Shown: in pieces, positions 39,029 to 51,843 of the stretch | Layout of the letters: each line of letters begins with the position of its first letter | Numbering within the stretch: the first letter of the stretch is position 1 | Source of the DNA: Squalus acanthias | Taxonomy: Eukaryota | Assembly (NCBI GenBank): GCA_030390025.1 | Contig: CM059432.1 | Coordinates: 151,220,001-151,284,000 of the forward strand | Direction of reading: 5' to 3' | Length of the DNA stretch: 64,000 nucleotides | The notes under the pieces: model-generated | What the model saw: only the letters and a program-made list of their open reading frames with translations | What the model was told of the DNA's origin: nothing | Database searches by the model: none | Made by a program: the position numbers and the translations under genes

Positions 39029-39741
39029 GGGCTAAAAATTGAGTAGCGCCCTGGAAAAATTAGCGCCCCCGCGCCGGAAATTAAGTGGTTGCGCCCCAAG
39101 ATGGAAGCGGGGCGCTACTGGAAGCACCCCGCATCCCTCTTGGGCGCTGCGAGTCAATATCGCGGCGCTACGTGCCGCAGCGCCATGCTCTGTGGCACAT
39201 CGCGCCGCAGTATTGCAGGCCTTCCTCCCCTTCTTAAAGGGGAGGGCCTTGCGCAGCGCGACCCGGGGCACAGCTGGGCCCCCAGGGGTCGGGAGTGCCG
39301 GCAAAAGAGCCTGGCACTCAAGAGAAGTGGCAGGTTCTTGGAGAGCAGCTGGCAGTCCGCGGGGGGGGGGGGGGCGTTCGGAAGGCCGGGGACGGGAGCA
39401 CAGGCAGGCGGCCAGCAACAAAAATGGCCGCCCTGCACCTCTCCTTTAAATAGCACCTCCCAGGCCGCAGGTAGGCCCCCCTGATCCCGTCAGACATAGC
39501 GTCCGGCGGTAAGTCAGGGGGCGCTCCCGAAGATCGCGGCCGGTGCGTGAGCGGGGTGCTGCGCACGCCAATGACGTCATCGCTGGCGCTGCAGGGCCGC
39601 GGGGCGCTACCGGTTAGCGTCGCCCGCTAACCTCCCGCTGAATTTCACGGGAGGCATGGGTGGCGCCGTGCCAGGGCGCTAGTTGCTTTGCGCCCCGTTA
39701 GGGCGCTAACGGGAGGCGCAAAACAACCCAATTTTTCCCCC
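39029..39741. mobile_element. Harbinger-type MITE (family D) in the CR1 tail microsatellite
   Basis: TIRs gggctaaaaattg / caatttttccccc; TSD tat/tat; CpG-rich. Confidence 0.9.
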
Positions 39742-40829
39742 TATGACTATAAGTAACATTTCCATTAAAAAATGTTTTATATATGCAAATATATATATTT
39801 ATATACATGTCGCACAGCATAAAGATTACGTATAAAAATAGCACAGATGAATGAAAATTTTTGCACACCCAAAACCTCGATGCAGCCTCCCTTTAATTAC
39901 TGACCAACCCTCACTTCCTGAGAGGCCTTTTGCAAAATGTTTCTGTTAAATCCCTGCAGGGAGTCAGAGGTAATGGATCTATTTTTGGCGAAGGACATCA
40001 CGTGGCTCAATTTCTTCGTGTTATTTTGACACACGTTCCAATTTTTTTTTTCCAGTCGCTTGCTATTGAGCAGAAGACAGAATGAGAACATCTGCACAAT
40101 GTGAGTCAGTGGCTGACACTTGTCGACAGTGGACTTGTGATCAAGTGTCAGCCAGCGCAGACTATAATCTGTGTGCAATGTCTCACTGAGGATCGCTGCG
40201 CCCACTCCACATTTCCTGCTTATTTGCTGTCGACCTTTCCAGGTTGATTCAATTCATGCGCGTGATTAATTTCATTATCGTTGACATACAGTAGGAAGTA
40301 CTGTGTTTGAGCTCTGAATAATTAACCGCCTCTTCCTTCGTTTTTTTATAGCCCATTTATAGCAAGTTATACAATGCTTTATTAAAACATTTGTGTGCAC
40401 GTCAATTTTTGCTTTTTCTTGTCATACTGATTATTCTCAGTATCCACTGGCAACAGCGACATCTATGTATTTCAAATGAATGAATTTACGTTACTTGTGT
40501 GAAGTTCCCCCTTCCCTCCTATCCCTTAAAATTTTCCAATTGGGAAGATGCTCTAATTTTTCAGTTATTTCTTCTGGTTTTGAAATATCCAAAACTCTAC
40601 AACTAATGTGGCTTCTGCTGCATTTCCAAATTAAATCTGAGTCCGACCGTCAGAGAGTAAACAGAGTCTTTTATCAACATTGAGAAAGTGGTGACGGTGC
40701 AACAGTGGTGTGACACCAAGACTGAAACATCTACAATATGCAAATATATATATTTATATACATTGGTGATTTTTGCACACTAAGTGAGCTCGTCACCACA
40801 GAGTGAAGGGACAGCAGAATGTGTCCTGT

Positions 40830-43350
40830 GGTACTGCAGGAACTGTAGAGGAGCAGAGAGATTTGGGAGTCCAAGCACACAAATCATTTAAAGCTAGTGG
40901 ACATCAATCAAAAGGGCTACTTGAATTTTTGTAAATTTGTTCATGGGATGTGGGCGTCGCTGGCAAGGCCAGCATTTATTGCCCATCCCTAATTGCCCTC
41001 GAGAAGGTGGTGGTGAGCCGCCTTCTTGAACTACTGCAGTCAATGTGGTGAAGGTACGCCCACAGTGCTGTTAGGGAGGGAGCTCCAGGATTTTGACCCA
41101 ACGACGATGAAGGATCGGCGATATACTTCCAAGTCAGGATGGTGAGTGACTTGGAGGGGAACTTGGAGGTGGTGGTGTTCCCATGCGCCTGCTGCCCTTG
41201 TCCTTCTAGGTGGAAGAAGTCACGGGTTTGGGAGGTGCTGCCGAAGAAGCCTTGGCGAGTTGCTGCAGTGCATCTTGTAGATGGTACGCTCTGCAGCCAT
41301 GCTGCACCGGTGGTGGAGGGAGTGAATGTTTAAGGTGGTGGATGGGTTGCCAATCAAGCAGGCTGCTTTGTCCTGGATGGTGTCGAGCTTCTTGAGTGTT
41401 GTTGGAGCTGCACTCATCCAGGCAAGTGGAGAGTATTCCATCACACTCCTTACTTGTGCCTTGTAGATGGTGGAAAGGCTTTGGGGAGTCAGGAGGTGAG
41501 ACACTCGCCGCAGAATACCTAGCCTCTGACCTGCTCTTGTTGCCACAGTATTTATGTGGCTGGTCCCGTTAAGTTTCTGGTCAATGGTGACCCCCAGGAT
41601 GTTGATGGTGGGGGATTTGCGATGGTAATGCTGTTGAATGTCAAGGGGTGGTGCTTAGACGCTCGCTTGTTGGAGATAGTCATTGCCTGGCACTTCTGTG
41701 GCGCGAATGTTACCTGCCACTTATCAGCCCAAGCTTGAACGTCGTCCAGGTCTTGCTGCATGCGGGCATGGACTGCTTCATTATCTGAGGAGTTGTGAAT
41801 GGAGCTGAACACTGTGCAGTCATCAGCGAACATCCCCACTTCTGACCTTATGTTGGAGGGAAGGTCATTGATGAAGCAGTTGAAGATGGTTGGGCCTAGG
41901 ACACTGCCCTGAGGAACTCCTGCAGCGATGTCCTGGGGCTGTGATGATTGACCTCCAACAACCACAACCATCTTCCTTTGTGCTAGGTATGACTCCAGGA
42001 GTGGAGAGTTTTCCCCCCAATTCCCATTGACTTCAGTTTTACTAGGGCTCCTTGATGCCACATTCAGTCAAATGCTGCCTTGATGTCAAGGGCAGTCACT
42101 CTCACCTTACCTCTGGAATTCAGCTCTTTTGTCCATGTTTGGACCAAGGCTGTAATGAGGTCTGGAGCCGAGTGGTCCTGCCGAAACCCAAACTGAGCAT
42201 CAGTGTGCAGGTTATTGGTGAGTAAGTGCCGCTTGATAGCACTGTTGATGACACCTTCCATCACTTTGCTGATGATTGAGAGTAGACTGATGGGTGGTAA
42301 TTGGCCGGATTGGATTTGTTCTGCTTTTTGTGGACAGGACATACCTGGGCAGTTTTCCACATTGTCGGATAGATGCCAGTGTTGTTGCTGTACTGGAACA
42401 GCTTGGCTAGAGGCGCGGCTAGTTCTGGAGCACAAGTCTTCAGCACGACAGCCGGGATGTTGTCGGGGCCCATAGCCTTTGCTGTATCCAGTGCGTTTAG
42501 CCTATTCGTAATATCACGTGGAGTGAATCGAATTGGCTGAAGACTGGCTTCTGTGGTGGTGGGAACCTCAGGAGAAGGCCGATATGGATCATCCACTTGG
42601 CACTTCTGGCTGAAGATGGTTGCCAACGCTTCAGCCTTGTCTTTTGCACTCACGTGTTGGGCTGCACCATCATTGAGGATGGGGATATTCATGGAGCCTC
42701 CTCCTCCCATTAGTTGTTTAATGGTCCACCACCAATCTTGATCTTTATCTCATGGTGGTTGGAATACAAAGGAGAGGAAGTGATGCTTCAGTTGTACAGG
42801 TCCTTGCGGTCACATCTGGAGCACTGCATTCAGTTCTGGGCACCACACCTCAAGGAAGGATATGTTGGCCTTGGAGAGGGTGCAGTGCAGATTCACCAGA
42901 ATGAAAGGGTTAAATTATGAGGTCAGATTGCATAAACGTGACTTGTATTCCCTTGAGTATAAAAGATTGAGGGCTGATCTAATCAGGCGTTTAAAATATT
43001 AAAAGGATTTGATAGAGTAGATGCAGATTAACTATTTCTTCTAGTGAGGGAACAAGAATGAGGGAACATAATCTTAAAATTAGATATAAGCCATTTACGA
43101 GGGAAATCAGGAAGCACTTTTTTCACACAAAGGGTAGTGGAAATCTAGAATTCTCTCCCCCAAAAGGCTGTGTTTGCAGAGACAATTGGAGCTTTCAAGA
43201 CTGAGATCGATAGATTTTTGTTTGGTAAGGGTTTCAAGGGATGTTGAGCAATGGCAAGTAAATGGAGTTGAGGCACAGATCAGTCATGATCAGATTGAAT
43301 GTCAGAACAGGCTTGAAGGGCTGAATGGTCTACTGTTCCTATGTTCCGAT
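40830..43350 (+). mobile_element. Older CR1 3' part, split by an opposite-strand LINE
   Basis: EEQRDLGVQ (about 40850) continues at about 42735 with LEYKGEEVMLQLYRSL through to the 3' UTR. Confidence 0.8.
40935..42733 (-). mobile_element. Non-LTR retrotransposon of a second CR1/L2-group family, 5'-truncated
   Basis: KAMGPDNIP, AQFGFRQDHS, ALDIKAAFD, AGVPQGSVLGP, MFADDCT, YKAQVRSVMEY; frameshifted. Confidence 0.9.
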
Positions 43351-44100
43351 GTTTTGATTGAAATCTAGAAAGCACTTTTGCAGGTAGCTGCTGAGGTCAT
43401 GACAGAGAATACGATTGTGCAATGTGGAGAGAAAGGAAAAAGCATTCAACAATAGAAATTTACAGTTAAGCATATTTGGGTTTACAGGAAAGAATACAAT
43501 GGCCACAGTTAGAATTTGGGGCTTCACTTTCATCTGTTTTATACGGTGGAAGAATTCAACTGTTTATTTTTAAACAGAATGAAGCACAAACAACTGCTGA
43601 GAGTTGCAATTCTCCAGATATTAGGATATGATAATTCAAATCTGCCAAGTGATAGCTTGATGATTTGTGACATTCTCACAGGCTGGTACACATTGCATCT
43701 GGATATCTATTGGTTTCAGTGGCATTGCATCATCAGATATGCAAATAAGTACCTCACCTTACTCATTATATTTTGGAGATTATAAGCTACCTAATACCAT
43801 TGGCTTTACATTTCATTCGCTATTCAAGGCAATTTATTTTTCAGTGTTTGATTTCTTTCCTTCCCAGTTAAATGCCGGTATGTTTACATTATTTTTTAGC
43901 TTCCTTACACTGTAAAGCAAGATACAGAAGAAGATGTGCCTGCTAACTTCAGATTCTATCAATCAATGTGATAAGGGAAACAGCCAAATTCAACTTCCTG
44001 CTTCCTGAGGCCACAGCTCTCAGCACACTGCCGCCCTCCAATCGAGCCGGACTGGACCGCCTCGTCTGGTTTGTGATTTGGTTGTCCTGCGATTTCATGA

Positions 44101-44352
44101 AGTGGAAAAACAAAATACGGCAGAGGCTGGAAATCTGAAATAAAAACAGAAAATGCTGGAAATACTCAGCAGGTCAGGCAGCATCTGTGGAGAGAGAAAC
44201 AGAGTTAACGTTTCAGGTCGATGACTTTTTGTCAGAACTGGAAAAAGTTTAAGAGATACAACTGGTTTTGAGCAAGGGCAGAGGCAGAGAAAGGGGGGGA
44301 GGAAAGAACAAAAGGGAAGGTATGTGATAGGGTGGAAGGCAGGAAAGATTAA
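44101..44352 (-). mobile_element. Penelope-like terminus with a mutated hammerhead (44203-44239)
   Basis: Reverse complement of 20660-20862; core reads CTGACAA instead of CTGANGA. Confidence 0.75.
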
Positions 44353-46525
44353 GGGGGGAAAATTCAGTTGGTTAGTGCCTCCAGTTAGCGCCTGGTGCGG
44401 GCGCTAATGGGGCGCTGATGCAGTAGCGCCGGGGCGAGGTGAATCCAGCAACGCACGCCAAATCCGCCCCCCCCCCCAGCGCCACCACTATGAGTTATCG
44501 CCGGGGACCTCAGCGCCAAGCAGATCATGACATCAGTGAGTGTGCAATGCTCACTGGGCGCCCGATTTGCAAAATTCATTGTCGTCCCCTGCCTTAACAC
44601 CTCGCCCCGACAGCGACAGGGAGAGGAGGCGTGAAACAGTGGGCAGCCAGCTCCAGGGGCGCTACTTATAGGGATCATGAGGAATGAGTCGCAGCTGTCA
44701 GGTTAGAGCTGGTTCAATGCTTCCTTGTCAGTTTGACATTGTGCAACAGTTTAATTCAGTCATTTAAAGGTTGTTTAGTATCAGGAGTGTTGTGGCTACT
44801 AACAATTAGTTACATTTATTCTCACAACATATCAAAGTGCTAAACTTGGTTACATTAATGGGAGCTGTACTAGCAGTCGACCTCGCCCTCCAGGATGTAC
44901 GGCAGAGGGAGCGGAGGCAGCGAGAAAGACTGGAACATGTGGTCAGAGGGAAGAGAAGGGCCATGAGGGCTCTCCAAGGGTATTCCGACAGCACTTCTCC
45001 TACCTCCAATTAAGCCAGGAGCAGTGTATTAGAAGGCTCTGCTTCAGCAAGCAGGTGGTCACAGAACTCTGCCACCTCCTGCAACCAGACCTGCAGCCTC
45101 AGATCAGGGCGACCACGGCTCTCCCAGTGGTAGTCAAGGTCACCATCGCCCTCAATTTCTGCGACACCGTGAAAGACCCGGTCAATGGTGGTAGACCCAG
45201 CCACGATGGAAGCAGTCAGAGCTTGCGTGGCATCAAGCTGAGACTGCATGAGAGCAGTCTGAGATTGGATGGCACCAACATTACAGCATTACAGCACTAA
45301 GACGTTGCGTCACTTCCGCCTGTGCTGCAATGGAAGCTGCCAGATCGCCCATCAGACGCGGCATCAGGTCTGGGTCACCACGGTCTCTCTGGGAGTCTAC
45401 CATCCTTTGCAGACTGGAAATGACAGGCTCCATGGTATGCGCAGAGCTCTGTGCAATGTTGGAGGCGGTCTCCTCCATGCTCCTTACCATTGCCGACAGG
45501 CTCTCGGGCACCCTTGCCATTGCACCTATCATCTCCGTGTGCATGCCCATCCATCTTCTTCTAAAGGCCTCCCCACTCATATAAGTCCTGCACAGCAGAA
45601 CTCACGTGTGAACTCACCCTCCGGGGAGCTGGATCTCTAGCTACCCTTTCCCCCTGGCCTTGCTGCAGCCCGCTACTATACTAGCCTCTAAAGAATGCGT
45701 AGTGCCAGTATCTGAGCTGGTGCCTGCGGGTGAGACATGCAGTGACGCGGTGTCTTCTTCCTCCTCCTCCTCTTCTCCCGCCTTACTCTCAACGTTTCCC
45801 TCAGGGACAGGCTGCTCAGGTGCTTGCTCATTGTCTGAAAGCAGAAAGGCACAAGAGTCGGGTTAAGGTGAGGGGAGGGGGGCAGGAAGGGAGAAATGCA
45901 TGCATACAGCATGATTAGCTGGAAACTGCGAAACGGTTGTGGGGTGAGGGGGAAGGGGGATGTGAGAAGAAGGGGTAGGGATGAACGTACCATTGTTGTC
46001 CCCAAGAGGGTCAACGTTGCCGGTGGCCATGGCACCCACCACCTGGCGCCCAATAATGTGCAGCACTCGAGTCTCCAGCGCAGACAGTGGTTGGGTGTCG
46101 GCTTGTCCCCCGCCTGAGCGCTCCTACTCCCTCCTGTTGTGAGCCACCTTGGCCTGCAAGAGAAAGGAATGTGTGAGGGAGTGTGGAGCAATGTGTCTGA
46201 GTGATGTGCCTGTCATAGTTGAATAGCTGTCATTGTGTGCAAGGTGTGAGATGTGGGTGTGAGTGTTGGTAGGTGGAGATTGTTGGTGGGTGAGTGCTGG
46301 GGGTGTGGTGCTTTGGGCAGTGTGTGAAGACTGTGGTTCAGATAGTAGTATGTAGCATTTGTTGAAGCATTGACTCACCCTGACCACCCGAGTGAGGTCA
46401 TTAAATTTCTTCCTGCACTGTGTGTGGGTCCTGGGGACCACAGTGCTGCCCAAGACGTGCTGGGCTACCTCCCTCCACATGGTGGGGAAGACTTGTGGCG
46501 AGGGCCTCCTGCCACTTGCCCTGAT
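44353..46525 (+). mobile_element. Internally deleted, right-truncated Harbinger transposon
   Basis: Left TIR gggggaaaattcagttgg (matches family D ends); transposase N-terminus 44858-45165 joined to Myb-gene exon 3; Myb exon 1 WREVAQHV...QCRKKFNDLTRV at 46380-46520. Confidence 0.88.
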
Positions 46526-46528
46526 TAA

Positions 46529-47192
46529 TGTTATACAGTACCTACCTTCCTTTGGTGTCTTTATTGAGTTGCATGTGTTGCTCACTTATATGTCAGGTGT
46601 GCAGATGTGAAGTTCAATCAACTGTTGCCTCCTGAGATGCCGAGTGGGGAAATGAGGTTCCTCCTGTAACAGATCTCAGTGGGCAGGTCGATGTGATGTG
46701 TTCCACGGTCTGGGACTCCTGGCCACAGTCGCACTTCGGGTCGACCCTCATCTTCCACTTGTGGAGCAGGTGGCCGCATCATCCGTGCCCCGCGCGGATT
46801 GGGTTGAGCGCTGACCGCTGTCTTCAAGGGAGGTGAAGCCAGGGATCTCTGCCGTTGAGTCAGTGATGAGGTGTTGGTTCTTTATGTTGCATGTGTCCCA
46901 CGATTCCGTCCATCTGGACAGTGGGTCAATACCAGCTGCGTGAGTATTGGCTGCTGTTTCCCAGAACAGCCGGTGCGATTTTAAGCGCTTTCGTGGTGGG
47001 TTTTTCAAGTCTTCAAGGGGAGCTAATGACAACCTACAGATGGTCTCCCTGTGTGTGCTAGTTCACTGAGAACTTGCCAGCTAATGTCATCAAGAAGATG
47101 ACCGAACGCCCGAAAGCGGCCTCCCACTCTGAAAAGCACGAAAGCATCGAACATGTCAACCAAAGGTTCAATCAACTGACAAAGTATAAACA
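46529..47192 (-). mobile_element. Possible solo LTR
   Basis: tgttatac...gtataaaca ends and AATAAA about 30 nt before the minus-strand end; no TSD found. Confidence 0.35.
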
Positions 47193-48599
47193 GGCCCATG
47201 CTGCAGGTGAGGTAGAGTAGGGGTGCAACCCTTAGGCAGGAGGTGACTCACCAAGAGGGGAGAGGACAGTTGGTGATTGAGGTGAGAAATTGGGTAGATT
47301 TTCCTTGAAGCGGCAGTAGCAGGACTTCTGCCCGCCCCTCTGACACATTTTTCTGGCTCTGGGTTCATTACCCATGTGAGGTGAGCTCCACACGGGACGC
47401 CCACCACCCAGAGGGAGCCTGCCAGTGCTACCAAGGAACCTATAACAAGACCATCACTACAGCACCACAAGAGGTGACAAGGGGCTTTAAAGGGGCAGAA
47501 GAGCCCTTAAATGACAGGTACGTGTGTGTTTTCCGATTGCACACTCCCACTTGGAACCTCGCCTGCCAGAAGCATTTATGGGGAAATTGCAGGCACACAC
47601 TGAAATAGACAAAAATATCCCAGTACATTGAATAGAATATGATGCAGGTCCCTGGTGTTCGACATTTATAAAGCATTCATCACTTGTTATTGAGTCTGGT
47701 CTGTTTATTGTATCATGTATCACATCAGGACCTGCGTGGTATACTCGATATAAATTCCTGAGATTGGCTTTGTAAACTAATTACCTGTGAAAAGATGTTT
47801 GAGCACATTATAGTCTTGAACCCAGTTGAAATGCCACATATTGAAGCACAAAGCAATGAACTTGCTCTTTTCTCGATTATACAATCCCGAGAGGACAATT
47901 CTCTCTCTGTTGATTCTTTCCTGCACCATTTCTAAACCACAGTGATCCAGACATTGCAGCTGTAAATTCAGATAATAACCAGTGTCTATGAGCTTCATCG
48001 TGACATGTTCTGAGCAATGTGACTGCTGCCAGAATCCTACACACGTTGCAGAATATCAGCAACAACCAGAACAAAGCAGTTCCTAGGTTTTCAGAGAGAC
48101 AGGTTGTCCCCAGAGATTCAACTTTGCTTCGGTTGAAATTGCCAGAGAACACACAGGATTGAAAGTCCTCTGCGTGCTATTTTTACCAAAATGATCAATG
48201 CATCACATCAGATTCCTGTCATTTTAACAAGATCATTAACTGGTTTTGGGTGAACAATTTAGTGGGAAAAACCAGACACGGGAACTTGATGTGGCTGTGA
48301 TAATGAGTGTACGATAAACAGTGCACAGAGGGATGTCAACCCCACAGCCATTTAGTAATGCTGCAATACTCAACAGTACTGGCATATACCATGGTTGTCA
48401 TACAAGACAGAAGCTGTGTCTAATATATTTTTCTTGGAGTTCGTTGCCATGAAGTCGTCCTTCAATATTAATGGAGAAGACAGCCAGAAAATCATTTCAT
48501 TATTTGCAGTGAGTTCCTTGATGACCTGATGAGACCAATTTTTGCTCATAATGAGCATCAACAGAGTGAAGAGTGGATCCCGGATGTGCCAGGTTGGAG

Positions 48600-48992
48600 A
48601 TCTTGATTTTTCAAGCGAGACTCCCTCAGCTGGTGTTTACAAACAGCATCAGCAATGCAACAGGCATTAGGAGGTATCTTCATGGATGTTTCTTTGCCAC
48701 GCTTTCTTATCTTGAGCAAGTTGTTCCCACTTATGGACATCCATTTTGCAGTGTTTCAGATTGGTTTTTAAGCGGTCTTTATATCTCTTTTGCTGACCAC
48801 CTTGTCCCAGTTGTCAATGCGATGTAAAAGATCTTCTTCGGGATTCGGTCATCAGACATTCGCACCGCATGACCTGACCTTCATGATCAGAGTCTCTATC
48901 CTTGGCATCTCAGCTTTTTTAAGAATTTCAGTGCCAGGGATCTTGTCTTCCCATCTGATCTTCATCAGCCGTCTCAGGCAGCATAGGAGAAA
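48600..48992 (-). mobile_element. RTE-clade LINE 3' fragment
   Basis: Minus strand CLRRLMKIRWEDKIP..EIL..., GHAVRMSDDRIPKKIF, GGQQKRYKDRLK, WEQLAQDKKAW: RTE/BovB-type C-terminal motifs. Confidence 0.8.
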
Positions 48993-49396
48993 TATTGTAC
49001 GTATTGCCATGAAGTACTATATCCCCTGAATACCTGCATGAGTACAAATTACATATTGAATGTGGGATACCCTGGAGCATGAGATAAGGAAACACCAGCA
49101 CAGCGACTCGGAGGACACAATGAAGCTCTGGTTGTTTGTACATATTTTCTGATCCCCAAGATTGTGCTACAGTATTTAGCTCCTTCATAGATATATAAGG
49201 GAAGCGTATTTACTGCAGATGTGTCCAGCCTGTGGGCCTAGAGCTGCACACAGCCCACAAGCCCTGGCAACCTAGCCCTTGAAGCTGCATCCAACGCTCT
49301 ACTAAGTGTACTTGTAATATAGGCCTGGTGGTTTGGAAAATCAGAACACCCAAGATCTGTTAGTAGCTTGAGATCTATGCAAATTAAAGGGAACAT

Positions 49397-50267
49397 GGGG
49401 GAAAAATTCGGTATCGCCCCGTTTGGGGCGCAATTAGCAGCCGGGCGCAAAGTTTAGCGCCTGGCACTAATTATCGCCTCCGACTGCAGACTTGGCTTTT
49501 ATCACCCCTGGAGGTGATTGGAGCGCTAAATCAGGTGCTACACACCTGTCTTAAGGCGCAAAGGCCGAGGAGCGAGGGCGAAGCACATGTGATGTCAGTC
49601 AGCGATGGAACACAGACACACTGACCCCGGCCAGTTCTTAAAGGGGAGGGTTGATCTTGCTCTCCATCCACATCCTGCTCATTGCAGCCTTGAATCTCGG
49701 CCTGGAGAGACCTGTACATCAAATCTGCTGGAAAGAACAATGGAGAGGCCCAGGGAAAGAGCTCAGAGTGCAGCCCCCACAGTCTCTTCTAAATAGATGC
49801 AAGGAAGGTCAAATCAAAATGAACCTGCAAAGTGCTGCTCAGTACCCAAAACTCCTTCACACAGCGTTGAATCTCTCCAGAAGTCTCTCTCTCTCTCTCA
49901 GAATGCGTGGTGCAAAAATGTCACCAACAAAAAAAGGCAGGAAGCGTTCGCCTTTAAATAGTGCTCCCCAGTCCCTTCCTGACTGCAAAACGCTCCCCTC
50001 AACCTGTCATTGCTAGCGGCAGGCAGTAAGGCAGAGGCGCCACTCAATATCCGCTCTGGGGCGCTACCGGGGCGTTGCGCACTCGACTGACGTCACGATC
50101 TGCCGGCGCAGGAGATCGTGGCGGTAGTGTTTAGCGCCGCCGCAAAATGTCTAGTTAATTTCGCGAGCGGCGCAAACATCGCCGCGCCCGGGCGCTAGTT
50201 GCTTTGCGCCCCATTAGCGCCCTCTTAAGGTGCTAACGGGAGGCGCAACCAACTGAATTTTTCCCCC
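49397..50267. mobile_element. Harbinger internal-deletion derivative (family D)
   Basis: TIRs gggggaaaaattc / gaatttttccccc; TSD cat/cat. Confidence 0.92.
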
Positions 50268-50335
50268 CATGGATTTAATCTTGGGGATCAGAAAATATGT
50301 ACAAACAACCAGAGCTTCATTGTGTCCTCTGAGTC

Positions 50336-50408
50336 ATTGAATGGCGGAGCAGGCTCGAAGGGCCGAAGGGCCTACTCCTGCTCCTATTTCTTATGTTCTT
50401 ATGTTCTT
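50336..50408 (+). mobile_element. Very short CR1 3' tail
   Basis: attgaatggcggagcaggctcg...(ttcttatg)n. Confidence 0.85.
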
Positions 50409-51099
50409 ATTAAATTACCATCGTTGCCAAGCATCTGCTTTTGGAGAGGACATCAGCTTTTCCAGCCCCCTTTCGTGATGTTTGAGAAAACAGCTGATTC
50501 AAGGACACCTTAAATTGTCAGTGGCTCACTGCAATGTTGCTGTTTTGTTTTTGCTTCTCGCCAGGCTGCCACCCACCTCAGCTTGTGTCTGTGAGAGCTG
50601 GGACGGGCACACGCTCCACTCCTTGCTCTCGAGTCTAAGAGTGGCTCGTGCGACTATGGACATGAGAACAGCAGAGGACTACTTGCAGCAGCTGTTTGCA
50701 TTCGGGCTTGCTTTGTAAACCTGGTGGCTGCCCACAATGTGCTGCATCGAACAGTGTCCCTCTATGTAGAAATGTATAGAAGTTACAACTCAGAAACAGG
50801 CCAATCGGCCCAACCAGTCCATGTCGGTGTTTACCCCCCACACAAGCAAATAGTTCGAATCACATTTACCCACCCTATTCCCATAACCCTTCACCCCCTT
50901 ATCCTTCATCCACCTATCCAATCCAGTCTTGAATATTGACATCATTTCTGCCTCAAGCACTAACCCTAGAAGTAAATTCCACAGCCTCACAACACCCCGC
51001 GTGAAGAAGCTTCTCCTGCCCTCAGTTCTAAATCTCTTACATTTAATCTTGTATCTATGGCCCCTCGTTCTTGATCCCTCAACTACTAGAAACTGTCTG

Positions 51100-51588
51100 C
51101 TTCACCCAAGTCCTGTTCACCCATCACCCCTGTGCTCACTGACCTACATTGACCTACTCCTGGTTAAGCAACGCCTCGATTTCAAAATTCTCATCCTAGT
51201 TTTCAAATCCCTCCTTGGCCTCGCCCCTTCCTATCACTGTAATCTCCTCCAGCCCCACAACCCCCTCGAGATATCTGCATTCCTCTAATTCTGCCCTCTT
51301 GAGCATCCCTGATTGTAATCGCTCAACCATTGGTGGCCGTACCTTCTGTTGCCTCGGCCCTAAGCTCTGGAATTCCCTGCCTAAACCTGTTCTTCTCTCG
51401 ACCTCTCTTTCATCCTTTAAGACGCTCCTTAAAACCTACCTCTTTGACCAAGCTTTTGGTCATCTGCCCTCATTTCTCCTTATGTGGCTCGGTGTCAAAT
51501 TTTTTGCCTTACAACACTCCTGTGAAGCGCCTTGGGACGTTTTACTACGTTAAAGGCGCTATATAAATACAAGTTGTTGTTGTTGTTG
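51100..51588 (+). mobile_element. L2-clade LINE 3' fragment
   Basis: VKQRLDFKILILVFKSL.GLAPSY, TIGGRTF...LWNSLPK...FKTLLKTYLF; (ttg)n tail. Confidence 0.85.
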
Positions 51589-51843
51589 CTTCTATCTACC
51601 CAGTCCCATCTTTTCATAATTTTAAACACTTCTATTATATCACCTCATAATCTGCATTGTTCTAATGAAAAAAGATCCAATTTTTCAAGTTTTTCTTCAT
51701 AGCTGTGTTTCTTCACACTAAAGTATCCTAATGAATCTACATTGCACCCTCTCTAAAGCATCAACTTCCTTCCGATAGTGTTCAGCACGATACTGCATAC
51801 AATATCCAACTGAGGTCTTCCTCAAGTTTTATACAGGCTCATT

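Noticed and set aside
39029..39741. CpG island / host gene promoter
   Set aside because: CpG richness is confined between MITE TIRs and repeated at 49397 and 60854
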